Of a stretch of 58,976 bases of DNA, positions 1 through 8,498 are shown piece after piece. Source of the stretch: Cytophagales bacterium. Its GTDB lineage: Bacteria > Bacteroidota > Bacteroidia > Cytophagales > JAAEPT01. Position 1 is the first letter of the stretch. Each line of letters starts with the position of its first letter. The notes under the pieces are model-generated. The model ran no database searches. It was not told the DNA's origin and saw nothing but the letters and a program-made list of their open reading frames with translations. The stretch is taken from NCBI GenBank assembly GCA_043770215.1, contig JAYVIQ010000045.1, positions 1-58,976 of the forward strand, in the 5' to 3' direction. The translations under genes and the position numbers were made by a program.

Positions 1-189
1 CCCCACAGTTATAGGTATTACAACGCCAGGAAATAAAACAGCATTTCTAAGGGTAAGAACAGGCAAAACATCATCAAAAATTTCTGAATTCATTTCTAAC
101 TCTTCTTCGGGAGATAACAAAGGAATCAGTTCAGCCTCTGGATTATCAGAGATTATTTGTGTTAGTCTGAAGGTAATATCTTTTTTCAT
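1..189 (-). CDS. lon: Lon protease, first 63 codons (gene runs off the left edge)
   Basis: I translated the minus strand from the ATG (plus-strand cat at 187-189). It reads MKKDITFRLTQIISDNPEAELIPLLSPEEELEMNSEIFDDVLPVLTLRNAVLFPGVVIPITVG and stays open to position 1. The LRNxVLFPGxxxPIxVG block is the conserved start of the Lon N-terminal domain. It is absent from the ORF track because it is truncated. Confidence 0.7.
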   Translation of the reverse strand, partial: MKKDITFRLTQIISDNPEAELIPLLSPEEELEMNSEIFDDVLPVLTLRNAVLFPGVVIPITVG

Positions 190-334
190 AGTCTATTTGC
201 TAGATTTTGTGACATAATGTCATTAATCTTTTAAAGATTTGTGTTTTATAGCACAAATTTTGTTTTATCTTTTAACACTTCAATTGGTATGCCAAAGAAT
301 TTATATTAAATTAGTGAGATACAATCAGAATTAT

Positions 335-2428
335 ATGAGCAAACGAATAGTCAATTTTCTTTTTTTCTTTTTTTCTGCATTTTGTTTGGCATTTGCACAA
401 TCAGACAAAACCAACAACAATACTAATAATAAGGATGGATATAAATTGCAAGATATTGATTATGAATTAATTAAAAAATCAGATTCTGATGATGATTATC
501 ATTTTAATTTTCATAATATTGGTATTGAAGATAGGTTTTATGATGTACATTTATTAGAAGATATAGATGCAGCCACAAAAAAAGGAAATGATTATAAGAC
601 AATTAACTTATTAGAAGTTTACATTTCTCATTTTGGGATCAGAAATTTTTCTGAAGACACCAAATTACTTTGGCAATTAGGTCAACTGTATGAAAAAAAT
701 GACATGCTTTTGCAGGCTAAAGCATGTTACAGATTGGTTTTGAAACACCATTCTTTAAACACATACACCCAAGTAAAAGACTATACTACAGCATTATCTA
801 ATTTTGATGAGTTAACCTCTCTAGAAAAAAACCACTATGTACCTTTAGAATATTATTACAAACTTGTAGATTTTAGAAAACAAGTAGATACTTTACGCCC
901 ACCAAAAAGTGTTTTGCTAAATATGGGAGATGAGGTAAACAAAGAAAATACTCCAGATTATGGTCCATCTATAAGTAGAAATAGTGATTTGATTATTTTT
1001 ACAAGAAAACTTATGGACAATAAAATGCCGTATTTAATTCAAAATCAAACGTTTAGAGAAGGTTTATATTTTTCCAAAGGCGAAAACGGCTTTTGGTCAG
1101 ATGCTGTTGAATTCCCTCAACCTATAAAATCCTCTTGCAATGAAGGGAGTGCAATTATTTCAAAGGACGGAGATTTTTTGGTGTTTTCTAGGTGTCAGGT
1201 AAACGGTTGCCAAAGAGATTGTTATGATTGTTTAGGGAGTTGTGATTTGTTCTACTCCAAAAAAAATCCCTTAACAGATAATTGGTCTAAACCAGTAAAT
1301 TTTGGTAAAGATGTAAATAGCATCGGCTGGGATTCTCAACCTTCGTTCTCAATTTCTGAAGACACAATTTATTTTGCCTCCAATAGGCTAGGCGGATTTG
1401 GATTATCAGACATTTATTACATCTACAAAGAAGATAATGATAAGTGGTCTGCAGCTATAAACATGGGTCCCGTGATAAATTCTAGAGGAAATGAGTGGAG
1501 TCCTTTTCATAGTAAAATGTATAACGTATTTTATTTTAGCTCCAACGGTCAGGTATTGAATTTTGACACAACTCAATATTCAAATGGGATTTTTAAATCT
1601 AGCATCACAAATGATTTATACAAATGCAATTATAAAAATGGACGGTGGTTAGAACCTAAAAATCTAGGTCCACTTGTAAATGGATCTGGAGATGAAACCT
1701 ATTTTTCTATAGACGCAAACAATAAACTTCTTTATTATGCTAGAACAGAAGAAAGCGCAAAGAATAAAGAAATCACAGATTTATTTTCTTTTCCTGTACC
1801 CATGGAAGCTCAGCCTTTGGCAACTACGTTACTTTCTGGTACATTGTTGGATAGCGAAACTGGCAAACCTTACAAAGGAATAGTTTCTGTCATAGACTTA
1901 GAGCATGGTATAGAAGTTGCTCCCAAATTTATGAGAGAAGACGGAAGCTATGAATTTGATTTAATAGATCACAATAAATACCTTCTTGTTATACAAGGAG
2001 ATGATTTTTTTAGAATAGAAGAGTTGTTTCAATTGAACGGAGATACCACCATTAGTTCTACTGCTAAATCTATTACTCAAAAAACTTTACAGTTTACCTC
2101 TATTATTTTTGAAAATGGAAAAGCAGATATTTTAGATAATATGCACCAAGATTTGGGTAAAATCATAAATTTTATGATAGATAACCCTGAATATAAACTA
2201 AAAATTGGTGGGCATACAGATTCAGAAGGAAATGAAGAAACGAATCAGAAATTGAGTCAAAAAAGAGCAGATGCTATTAAAAAATATTTAGAAGACAATG
2301 GTTTTATAGAATCATCTAAAATAGAGGCTACAGGATTTGGCAGTAAAAAACCAATACGCACACCAGAACTTACAGACGAGGACAAGAGCATCAACAGGCG
2401 GGTGGAGTTTGAAATTAATAAAAGTTAA
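335..2428 (+). CDS. OmpA-family outer-membrane/peptidoglycan-associated protein with TolB-like beta-propeller repeats
   Basis: I moved the start to ATG 335 (MSKRIVNFLFFFFSAFCLAFAQ is a signal peptide); the track start at 239 is a TTG extension. The C-terminus has the OmpA motif GGHTDSEGNEETNQKLSQKRADAIKKYL...NRRVEF. The middle has repeated PD40/TolB-like segments and a CarboxypepD_reg-like stretch (LSGTLLDSETGKPYKG). Confidence 0.85.
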   Translation: MSKRIVNFLFFFFSAFCLAFAQSDKTNNNTNNKDGYKLQDIDYELIKKSDSDDDYHFNFHNIGIEDRFYDVHLLEDIDAATKKGNDYKTINLLEVYISHFGIRNFSEDTKLLWQLGQLYEKNDMLLQAKACYRLVLKHHSLNTYTQVKDYTTALSNFDELTSLEKNHYVPLEYYYKLVDFRKQVDTLRPPKSVLLNMGDEVNKENTPDYGPSISRNSDLIIFTRKLMDNKMPYLIQNQTFREGLYFSKGENGFWSDAVEFPQPIKSSCNEGSAIISKDGDFLVFSRCQVNGCQRDCYDCLGSCDLFYSKKNPLTDNWSKPVNFGKDVNSIGWDSQPSFSISEDTIYFASNRLGGFGLSDIYYIYKEDNDKWSAAINMGPVINSRGNEWSPFHSKMYNVFYFSSNGQVLNFDTTQYSNGIFKSSITNDLYKCNYKNGRWLEPKNLGPLVNGSGDETYFSIDANNKLLYYARTEESAKNKEITDLFSFPVPMEAQPLATTLLSGTLLDSETGKPYKGIVSVIDLEHGIEVAPKFMREDGSYEFDLIDHNKYLLVIQGDDFFRIEELFQLNGDTTISSTAKSITQKTLQFTSIIFENGKADILDNMHQDLGKIINFMIDNPEYKLKIGGHTDSEGNEETNQKLSQKRADAIKKYLEDNGFIESSKIEATGFGSKKPIRTPELTDEDKSINRRVEFEINKS

Positions 2429-2429
2429 T

Positions 2430-2599
2430 GTGAATATCCGCAATGATACCAGTTTCTGTTATTTTTTTGCGAAAAGGATCTAAGCGGAGCCCTTTTTTGC
2501 TTTTTCAGCAAAAAAAGCAAGAGCAAAGAGCCTGACCCGATAGGGTTTCGCCCAAAATCACTAATCAATTTCACTACTGGTACAATTACGGATATTCAC
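2430..2599 (+). mobile_element. MITE-like element, copy 1 (170 bp)
   Basis: The terminal inverted repeats are GTGAATATCCGCAATGATACC ... GGTACAATTACGGATATTCAC. The flanking 10-mers are AAAAGTTAAT (2420-2429) and AAAAATTAAT (2600-2609), a 9/10 target-site duplication. The body is homologous to the copies at 6118, 6964, 41419 and 56877. Confidence 0.8.
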
Positions 2600-2813
2600 A
2601 AAAATTAATTTTTAAATTTAACGTTCCTATTTTAAACACGCTCAAGACCCCTATTTATTTTCATTCATTATAAGGTATATACATTTCAAATTGTTTTTAT
2701 GCTTTTAAAAATAGAATATTATGCTGCTGTTATAGTGTTATTATCCTTTTTTCAAAAAACCTTTTTTTTTATTAAAAGTGATTTCCAAGCATTTTTTTTT
2801 ATCTTCGTAGCCA

Positions 2814-3353
2814 ATGGAAAAAATTAGATCTACTACAGTTTTGGCAGTAAAACATAATGGTAAGGTTACTATTGGTGCAGACGGTCAAGCAACAATGGGC
2901 AATACTGTTGCTAAAAACAATGTAAAAAAAATTAGAAAGCTAAACGATGGTAAGATTGTTTGCGGTTTTGCAGGGTCTACCGCAGATGCTTTTACGCTTA
3001 TAGAGCGTTTTCAAGAAAAATTGAGCAAGCATGGCAACAATATGAAGCGGGCTGCCATAGAACTTGCAAAGGATTGGAGGACAGACCGTTATTTAAGGAA
3101 ACTAGAGGCCATGATGATTGCTGCTAATGCAGAAGAAATCTTGATTATTTCTGGAACAGGTGATGTTTTAGAGCCTGATGATGATATTGCTTCTATAGGT
3201 TCTGGTAGTAATTATGCTCTATCAGCTGCAAAAGCACTTAAGAGACATGCAACTGAATTATCTTCGGAAGAAATTGTAAAAGAAAGTCTTACAATTGCAG
3301 CAGATATTTGTATTTATACAAACCATAATTTTGTAATAGAGACCATTGATTAG
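2814..3353 (+). CDS. hslV: ATP-dependent protease subunit HslV (CodW-like)
   Basis: [38 protein letters not shown]...[16 protein letters not shown]...[18 protein letters not shown]...[15 protein letters not shown]...ICIYTN is collinear with E. coli HslV and B. subtilis CodW along its whole length. Confidence 0.9.
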   Translation: MEKIRSTTVLAVKHNGKVTIGADGQATMGNTVAKNNVKKIRKLNDGKIVCGFAGSTADAFTLIERFQEKLSKHGNNMKRAAIELAKDWRTDRYLRKLEAMMIAANAEEILIISGTGDVLEPDDDIASIGSGSNYALSAAKALKRHATELSSEEIVKESLTIAADICIYTNHNFVIETID

Positions 3354-3585
3354 GTTCCTATAGAGTTTCTTTACAGAAAAAAGACTTTTTTAGTTTCTTT
3401 CTAATAAACTCTTCTTACTGTTTTTAGCTAAGAAGAGTACATTTGGTTATCAAGTATTTAAAAAAAACACTATTCCAAATCAAGAGTTTACACGTGTTTG
3501 AATTTGAACACAGAAAAATGTTAGATTTGAGTAGTTTTAGTTTTATTTGATAGATGAATATTTATCCGTTAATAAAGTTCTAAAA

Positions 3586-4140
3586 CTATTTCCATTTTAT
3601 ATTACAACCTAAACTTGGTTTTTGATATTCAGATATCTTATTTCTTTGTAATAAATTATCAATAGCGTTTTTTATATCCATTCCCGTTACTGGTATCCCA
3701 TTTCCTGGTCTAGATTCGTCAAACCTACCTCGGTAGACTAATTTTTTATCAGAATCAAATAAATAAAAATCCGGTGTGCAGGCAGCATCTAATTTTCTTG
3801 CAAAAGATTGGTCTTGATCATACAGGTACGGAAAATCTAAATTCAACTCACCAAAAAGCAACTTCATGTTCTCTGGTGAATCCTCTGGATAATTAGATAC
3901 ATCATTTGCACTTACAGCTACAAACTTTAAAACTGTGTTTTTATACAATTCATAAAGTTCCTTTATTCCTTGGTGTAAATGAATAACAAAAGGGCAATGA
4001 TTGCAAATAAACATCACAAGTATTGGGTCATTTTGAGCAATATTGTGTATGCTTTCTTTACCTTCAGAAATTGTATTGAATAAATTGGCATCAGGTAAAT
4101 CAGTACCAATGGGTATCATATTAGAAGGAATGCGTGCCAT
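3586..4140 (-). CDS. Thioredoxin-fold (redoxin/AhpC-TSA-like) protein
   Basis: It has a CNHCPFV CxxC motif followed by FVAVSANDVSNYPEDSPENM...FPYLYDQDQ...ACTPDFYLFD...LVYRGRFDESRPG. This pattern is typical of the roughly 185-aa thioredoxin family proteins. Confidence 0.75.
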   Translation of the reverse strand: MARIPSNMIPIGTDLPDANLFNTISEGKESIHNIAQNDPILVMFICNHCPFVIHLHQGIKELYELYKNTVLKFVAVSANDVSNYPEDSPENMKLLFGELNLDFPYLYDQDQSFARKLDAACTPDFYLFDSDKKLVYRGRFDESRPGNGIPVTGMDIKNAIDNLLQRNKISEYQKPSLGCNIKWK

Positions 4141-4390
4141 AGTAATTTTTTTGTTAAAAATAATTCATATTTAGTTAACTTAATACCAAAATGTTATTTA
4201 TTGGGATCATTATTTTTTATTACAAATAGCAGTAAATTTGATTTGAAATGTTTTATTAAACGTAAAGTAGTATAAAAAAGTATACTTTAGTTTATCCTAA
4301 AATAGATTATACGAAAAGTCTGAGTGATATTTATCACAAGAATTTTGTATTAAATATGCAATATTTGATTCCACAGATTTAATAGTATGT

Positions 4391-6121
4391 ATGAAATTTG
4401 AAAAGTATTTTCCAATAATAGAATGGCTGCCAAGCTATAAAAAAGAAAATCTATCTAAGGATATTTATGCAGGTTTAACAGTGGGTATAATCCTAATTCC
4501 ACAAGGGATGGCATACGCCATGATAGCCGGTTTGCCTCCAGTTTTTGGGTTGTATGCAGCTTTAATTCCCCAAATTGTATATTCTATTTTTGGTACATCC
4601 AAACATATTTCTGTTGGTCCTGTAGCTATGGATTCTATGTTGGTTGCCTCTGGGGTTGGGGCTATTGCAGCAGCTGGATCTGGTCATTTTATAGAATTAG
4701 CAATTGTATTGGCTTTTCTAATTGGTTTTTTTCAGTTTGTTTTTGGTGTGCTACGTTTTGGTTTTTTGGTAAATTTCCTATCTAAACCCGTTGTTTCGGG
4801 TTTTACTTCTGCTGCTGCTTTGGTCATAGGATTAAATCAATTATCAGCAATTCTAGGGATGCCTATTTATGAGAAAAAAGCAATTTATATAGCAATAGAA
4901 GTTTTAAAAAACTTAAAATTTGTAAATTTTTGGACTGTAGGAATTTCTGCTTTTACATTGCTTTTTTTAGTGGTGATTAAAAAAAAGTCTGCTACTTTTC
5001 CAAGTGCACTTTTTGCAGTAATAATTGGTACTTTAATTGTATATTTTGGAAAACTACAGTTTAAAAAAGTAGAAATAATTGGCTTTATACCCAAAGGATT
5101 GCCAGGTTTTAGTTTTCCCAATTTAGATACTCCTTTTTTGTACGATTTATTGCCAATAGCTTTTACAATAGCTTTAATAGCATATATAGAAGCTATTTCT
5201 GTGGCAAAAAGTTTGCAAAATAAACACAGAAACGAATACAAAATAGACAATAATCAAGAAATGATAGGTTTGGGATTGTCTAACCTAATAGGTTCGTTTT
5301 TTTTAGCCTATCCTACAACTGGAGGATTTAGCAGAAGCGCTGTAAATGAACAAATGGGGGCAGTTAGTGCAATTTCTTCCTGGGTGAGTGCACTATTGGT
5401 AGGGATAACCCTTCTTTTTCTTACGCCTTTGTTTTATTATTTGCCCTTAGCTGTTTTAGGTGTGATCATTATGATTGCAGTTTTTGGGTTAATGGATTTT
5501 AGTTACCCTAACTATTTATTTAAAAACAGCATGCAGGAGTTTGTCATGCTTTGTGCTACTTTCTGCATTACCTTAAGTGTAGGAATAAAAGAAGGGCTTA
5601 TGGTTGGGGTGTTTATTTCTATAGTGGCACTTGTATATAGAACAAGTAAACCTCATATTGCCATTTTAGGGAAATTACCTTTTCTAGATGAATACAGAAA
5701 CATAGAAAGGTATAATGAAGTTGAAATTAGAAAAGATGCACTAATTTTACGGCAAGACGCTCAATTGTATTTTGCAAATGCTAATTATTTTGCTGAAAAA
5801 GTAAAAGAAGAGGTTCATAAAAAAGGGCGTGATTTGAGGGTTGTAATCATACACTGTTCTAGCATATCTAGTGTAGATACAACAGCAATACAAGAATTAG
5901 TAACCTTAATTGATGGGTTAAATACAGAAGGGGTGAGCGTTTATTTTACAGGGGTTGTAGGTCCAGTTAGAGACTTTTTTAAAAAAACTGGTTTTACTGA
6001 ACAAGTAGGAGTAAATAACTTTTTTATAGACATTGCAAGTGCTGTAAACTATTTAGAAAATGGTGCTAACACTAAAACCAAACAAATGCAGAAGAAAACA
6101 TTGCAAAATAATGTACTGTGA
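4391..6121 (+). CDS. SulP-family anion transporter with C-terminal STAS domain
   Basis: The N-terminus IIEWLPSYKKENLSKDIYAGLTVGIILIPQGMAYAMIAGLPPVFGLYA is the SulP signature region. It has multiple transmembrane segments and a C-terminal STAS-like block (ALILRQDAQLYFANANYF...VVIIHCSSISSVDTTAIQEL). The TGA stop (6119-6121) lies inside MITE copy 2. Confidence 0.9.
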   Translation: MKFEKYFPIIEWLPSYKKENLSKDIYAGLTVGIILIPQGMAYAMIAGLPPVFGLYAALIPQIVYSIFGTSKHISVGPVAMDSMLVASGVGAIAAAGSGHFIELAIVLAFLIGFFQFVFGVLRFGFLVNFLSKPVVSGFTSAAALVIGLNQLSAILGMPIYEKKAIYIAIEVLKNLKFVNFWTVGISAFTLLFLVVIKKKSATFPSALFAVIIGTLIVYFGKLQFKKVEIIGFIPKGLPGFSFPNLDTPFLYDLLPIAFTIALIAYIEAISVAKSLQNKHRNEYKIDNNQEMIGLGLSNLIGSFFLAYPTTGGFSRSAVNEQMGAVSAISSWVSALLVGITLLFLTPLFYYLPLAVLGVIIMIAVFGLMDFSYPNYLFKNSMQEFVMLCATFCITLSVGIKEGLMVGVFISIVALVYRTSKPHIAILGKLPFLDEYRNIERYNEVEIRKDALILRQDAQLYFANANYFAEKVKEEVHKKGRDLRVVIIHCSSISSVDTTAIQELVTLIDGLNTEGVSVYFTGVVGPVRDFFKKTGFTEQVGVNNFFIDIASAVNYLENGANTKTKQMQKKTLQNNVL

Positions 6122-6283
6122 ATATCCGCAATGATACTTGTGTCTATTTTTTTTGAGAAAAGGATTGAAGCAGAGTTTTTTTGCTTTTTAAGCCAAAAAA
6201 AAGCGATCATAGATTCTGATTCGATAGGGTTTTAACCTAAATCACCAATGAATACTACTATTGGTACAATTATGGATATTTAC
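6118..6283 (+). mobile_element. MITE-like element, copy 2 (166 bp, most diverged)
   Basis: The left end is GTGAATATCCGCAATGATAC and the right end is GGTACAATTATGGATATTTAC. The flanking 10-mers are ATAATGTACT (6108-6117) and ATAATATAGT (6284-6293), an 8/10 match. The internal hairpin and the CGATAGGGTTT block are retained. Confidence 0.7.
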
Positions 6284-6399
6284 ATAATATAGTAAAAGAA
6301 TAATATGCATTTTTTCTAATTTTAAAAAAAGCTTACTATATGGTATTTATAACTCTAATTATTTTTTACTGGTGATGAGCTTTTTAAAGAAAACAAGAC

Positions 6400-6792
6400 T
6401 TAAAACATACTCAGCTGATTTTCTGCAGTAGGAGGTTTTTTCCCTAATGATTCTTTTGTGGCTTTTTGTTCGCTTATTTTTATGAGTTCGTTTCTTAACG
6501 CATCATTTTTCATAAGCTCATTTACTTTTTGCTTTTCAATTTTAGAAACTGGAGGATTTGCAACTATTTTCTCAATTTCTTTACTTGCTTTACCAATTAC
6601 TTTTGGGTCTAAGACATTTATAAATCTCACTCCATCTATTTCCACAGGTTCAAAACCTTTGTTTTTTTTCTTTTCAATAAGGGTTTCAATATACTGACGA
6701 GTAACCCCAATTGTCCCGCTTTTTTTTACAAATTTTTCAGCAAAGGTTTTAACTAAGATTAGTTTAGTTACGTCATATATTTTTCTTCTCAT
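6400..6792 (-). CDS. Hypothetical small protein with a possible excisionase/MerR-like helix-turn-helix
   Basis: This is a 130-aa ORF. TFAEKFVKKSGTIGVTRQYIETLI...GFEPVEIDGVRFI resembles the HTH_17 pattern (helix-turn-helix followed by 'lp.vkigg..ri'). The C-terminal half is Lys/Glu-rich. I recognise no firm family. Confidence 0.45.
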   Translation of the reverse strand: MRRKIYDVTKLILVKTFAEKFVKKSGTIGVTRQYIETLIEKKKNKGFEPVEIDGVRFINVLDPKVIGKASKEIEKIVANPPVSKIEKQKVNELMKNDALRNELIKISEQKATKESLGKKPPTAENQLSMF

Positions 6793-6963
6793 TGCGGAAT
6801 TATAATTGCTTTAGTGCAATATTATTTCTTTTTTAAAAAGACTCCAAATAGTTTGTTTAAAATTTATCCACCAACCAAAAAATGAAATGAAGGTTGAATT
6901 ACTTGTAATTAGAAAAAAAAGTAGGTAATTCATGCTAAATACTTGTTTTTCTAATTGATAATT

Positions 6964-7135
6964 CTGAATATCCGCAATGATACCAGTACCTATTATTTTT
7001 TTGCGAAAAGGATAGTAGTGGAGCTCTTTTTTGGCTCCTTCAGCCAAAAAAAGCGGGAACGAATAGCCTGACCCGATAGGGTTTCGTCCAAAATCACTAA
7101 TCAATTTCACTACTGGTACGATAACGGATATTCAC
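6964..7135 (+). mobile_element. MITE-like element, copy 3 (172 bp)
   Basis: The element runs CTGAATATCCGCAATGATACC ... GGTACGATAACGGATATTCAC. It is flanked by a perfect 10-bp direct repeat ATTGATAATT (6954-6963 and 7136-7145). Confidence 0.85.
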
Positions 7136-7406
7136 ATTGATAATTATGATTCATGTAAAAAATGTCTTTTTTATAAAGTTTGTATTTGATACAATTACAA
7201 ATTATTTGCTAATGTTTTTTATCTTTTTATTAAAATTGAATCAATTGTGGTTGTTGCTCTGCTAAACATAAAGTATATTTACAATAGATGATAGTTTTGA
7301 TTCTTCTTTTTACTTTAAATCTTGAATTTAAATATGTATTCTGTTTTTACACATATTTGATATAGATTCAATTAAAAATAGATGTTTGTTATTGTCTAGT
7401 TTTGAT

Positions 7407-8498
7407 ATGAAAAATACGTATTTACTCTTTTTTCTTTTGATTTGTGTTTCAAGGTTTGAAACCATTGCACAATCTAGTAGATTTAATCAATTGGGTTCTT
7501 CTCCTAGAACCTTAGCTTTAGGGAAAAGCAATCAAAGTACCTATGTACAATCTTTAGATGTGCTTGCAAATCCTGCACTTATTACAAGTCAAAAAACAAA
7601 ATATTCTAGTAGTTACATGCACCATAATGCATTTAAAGGCATTAGCAATGCAAATCTTTTAGCTTTTTTTATAAAACCAGATAGTTCAAAAACTCATTTC
7701 GGATTTTCTCTTAATCAACTTTCTAACAATGGAGTTTTTGATACAAGGGATTTAGCTACCAACAGCTCTACTTATGATTTTTCTAAAGTAAGTGTTTTAA
7801 ATTCAGTTGATTATGGATTAAAATTTATTTTAGGTAAGTCTATCTCTAATAAAATAGCCCTAGGGGTATCTGCAAATCTAGATTTGCTTTCTGTAGCAGA
7901 TTTTTCTAACGCAAGAAGTGTAGGGGCAGACTTAGGTCTTCAATACAAAATAGATAGTTCTTTTTGTGTAGGAGTCATGCTAGAAAATGCTTTGGGGAAA
8001 TATTATTTTTGGAACCAAAGCAGTACAATGCTGCAAAAAAGCTATTTTGCAACAGATAACTATCTGCAGATAAATTCTGTAAGCGTTCAATTGCCTTCTT
8101 TATATGTTGGTGCTTCTAAAAAAGCAACCTATAATGCTTGGTTTAGTAATATTTTTTCTGTTCAAGCAAATTTAAATGGTAATGAAGCATCGTATTCTAT
8201 TTTTGCAAAAGACAAACTCGCTTTTAATTTTGGATTTGGGTATGAAGCATTGCTCAAAAATATAGTTTATGTGCGTGCAGGCTGGTCAGATTTTCAGAAA
8301 ATAAGTTATTCTAAAAGTAGCATTTCTTCACAATTAGGGATTGGAATAGGGCTTAAAATTAATAAAATAATGATAGATTATACAATGGCAAACATCAACA
8401 AATCTTTGGTTTCAGCACAAAAGCAGTTAATTTCAATTCAATTTAACTTTGAGAAATTTAATCAACATAATAGCACTGTTGAGCCTAGTAGGTTCTAG
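7407..8498 (+). CDS. PorV/PorQ-family type IX secretion outer-membrane beta-barrel protein (candidate)
   Basis: I moved the start to ATG 7407 (MKNTYLLFFLLICVSRFETIAQ is a signal peptide). The N-terminal SPRTLALGKSN...LANPALI resembles the PorV/PorQ signature. The Ser/Gly/aromatic-rich alternating pattern fits a beta-barrel. It sits immediately upstream of a PorU-like gene. Confidence 0.55.
   Translation: MKNTYLLFFLLICVSRFETIAQSSRFNQLGSSPRTLALGKSNQSTYVQSLDVLANPALITSQKTKYSSSYMHHNAFKGISNANLLAFFIKPDSSKTHFGFSLNQLSNNGVFDTRDLATNSSTYDFSKVSVLNSVDYGLKFILGKSISNKIALGVSANLDLLSVADFSNARSVGADLGLQYKIDSSFCVGVMLENALGKYYFWNQSSTMLQKSYFATDNYLQINSVSVQLPSLYVGASKKATYNAWFSNIFSVQANLNGNEASYSIFAKDKLAFNFGFGYEALLKNIVYVRAGWSDFQKISYSKSSISSQLGIGIGLKINKIMIDYTMANINKSLVSAQKQLISIQFNFEKFNQHNSTVEPSRF

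Noticed and set aside
239-334. N-terminal extensions in the track from non-ATG starts (239, 7386, 39061, 46550, 22640, 35891).
   Set aside because: In each case an internal ATG is followed immediately by a canonical signal peptide or the conserved family N-terminus, and the extension looks like AT-rich non-coding sequence.
3409-3437. A 9-bp-stem hairpin (CTCTTCTTA-ctgtttttagc-TAAGAAGAG) downstream of hslV, considered as a terminator.
   Set aside because: It has no T-run on the plus strand and is 150 nt from the end of the minus-strand gene, so it is not convincing as an intrinsic terminator.
6811-7110. A 99-aa minus-strand ORF in the track.
   Set aside because: About half of it (6964-7110) reads through MITE copy 3 and the rest is low-complexity AT-rich spacer. 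Equivalent frames are not conserved in the other copies, so it is most likely spurious.
6118-7135. MITE copies 2 and 3 could be the ends of a composite transposon carrying the helix-turn-helix gene.
   Set aside because: Each copy has its own matching pair of 10-bp flanking repeats. The outer flanks (ATAATGTACT and ATTGATAATT) do not match each other, so these were two independent insertions.
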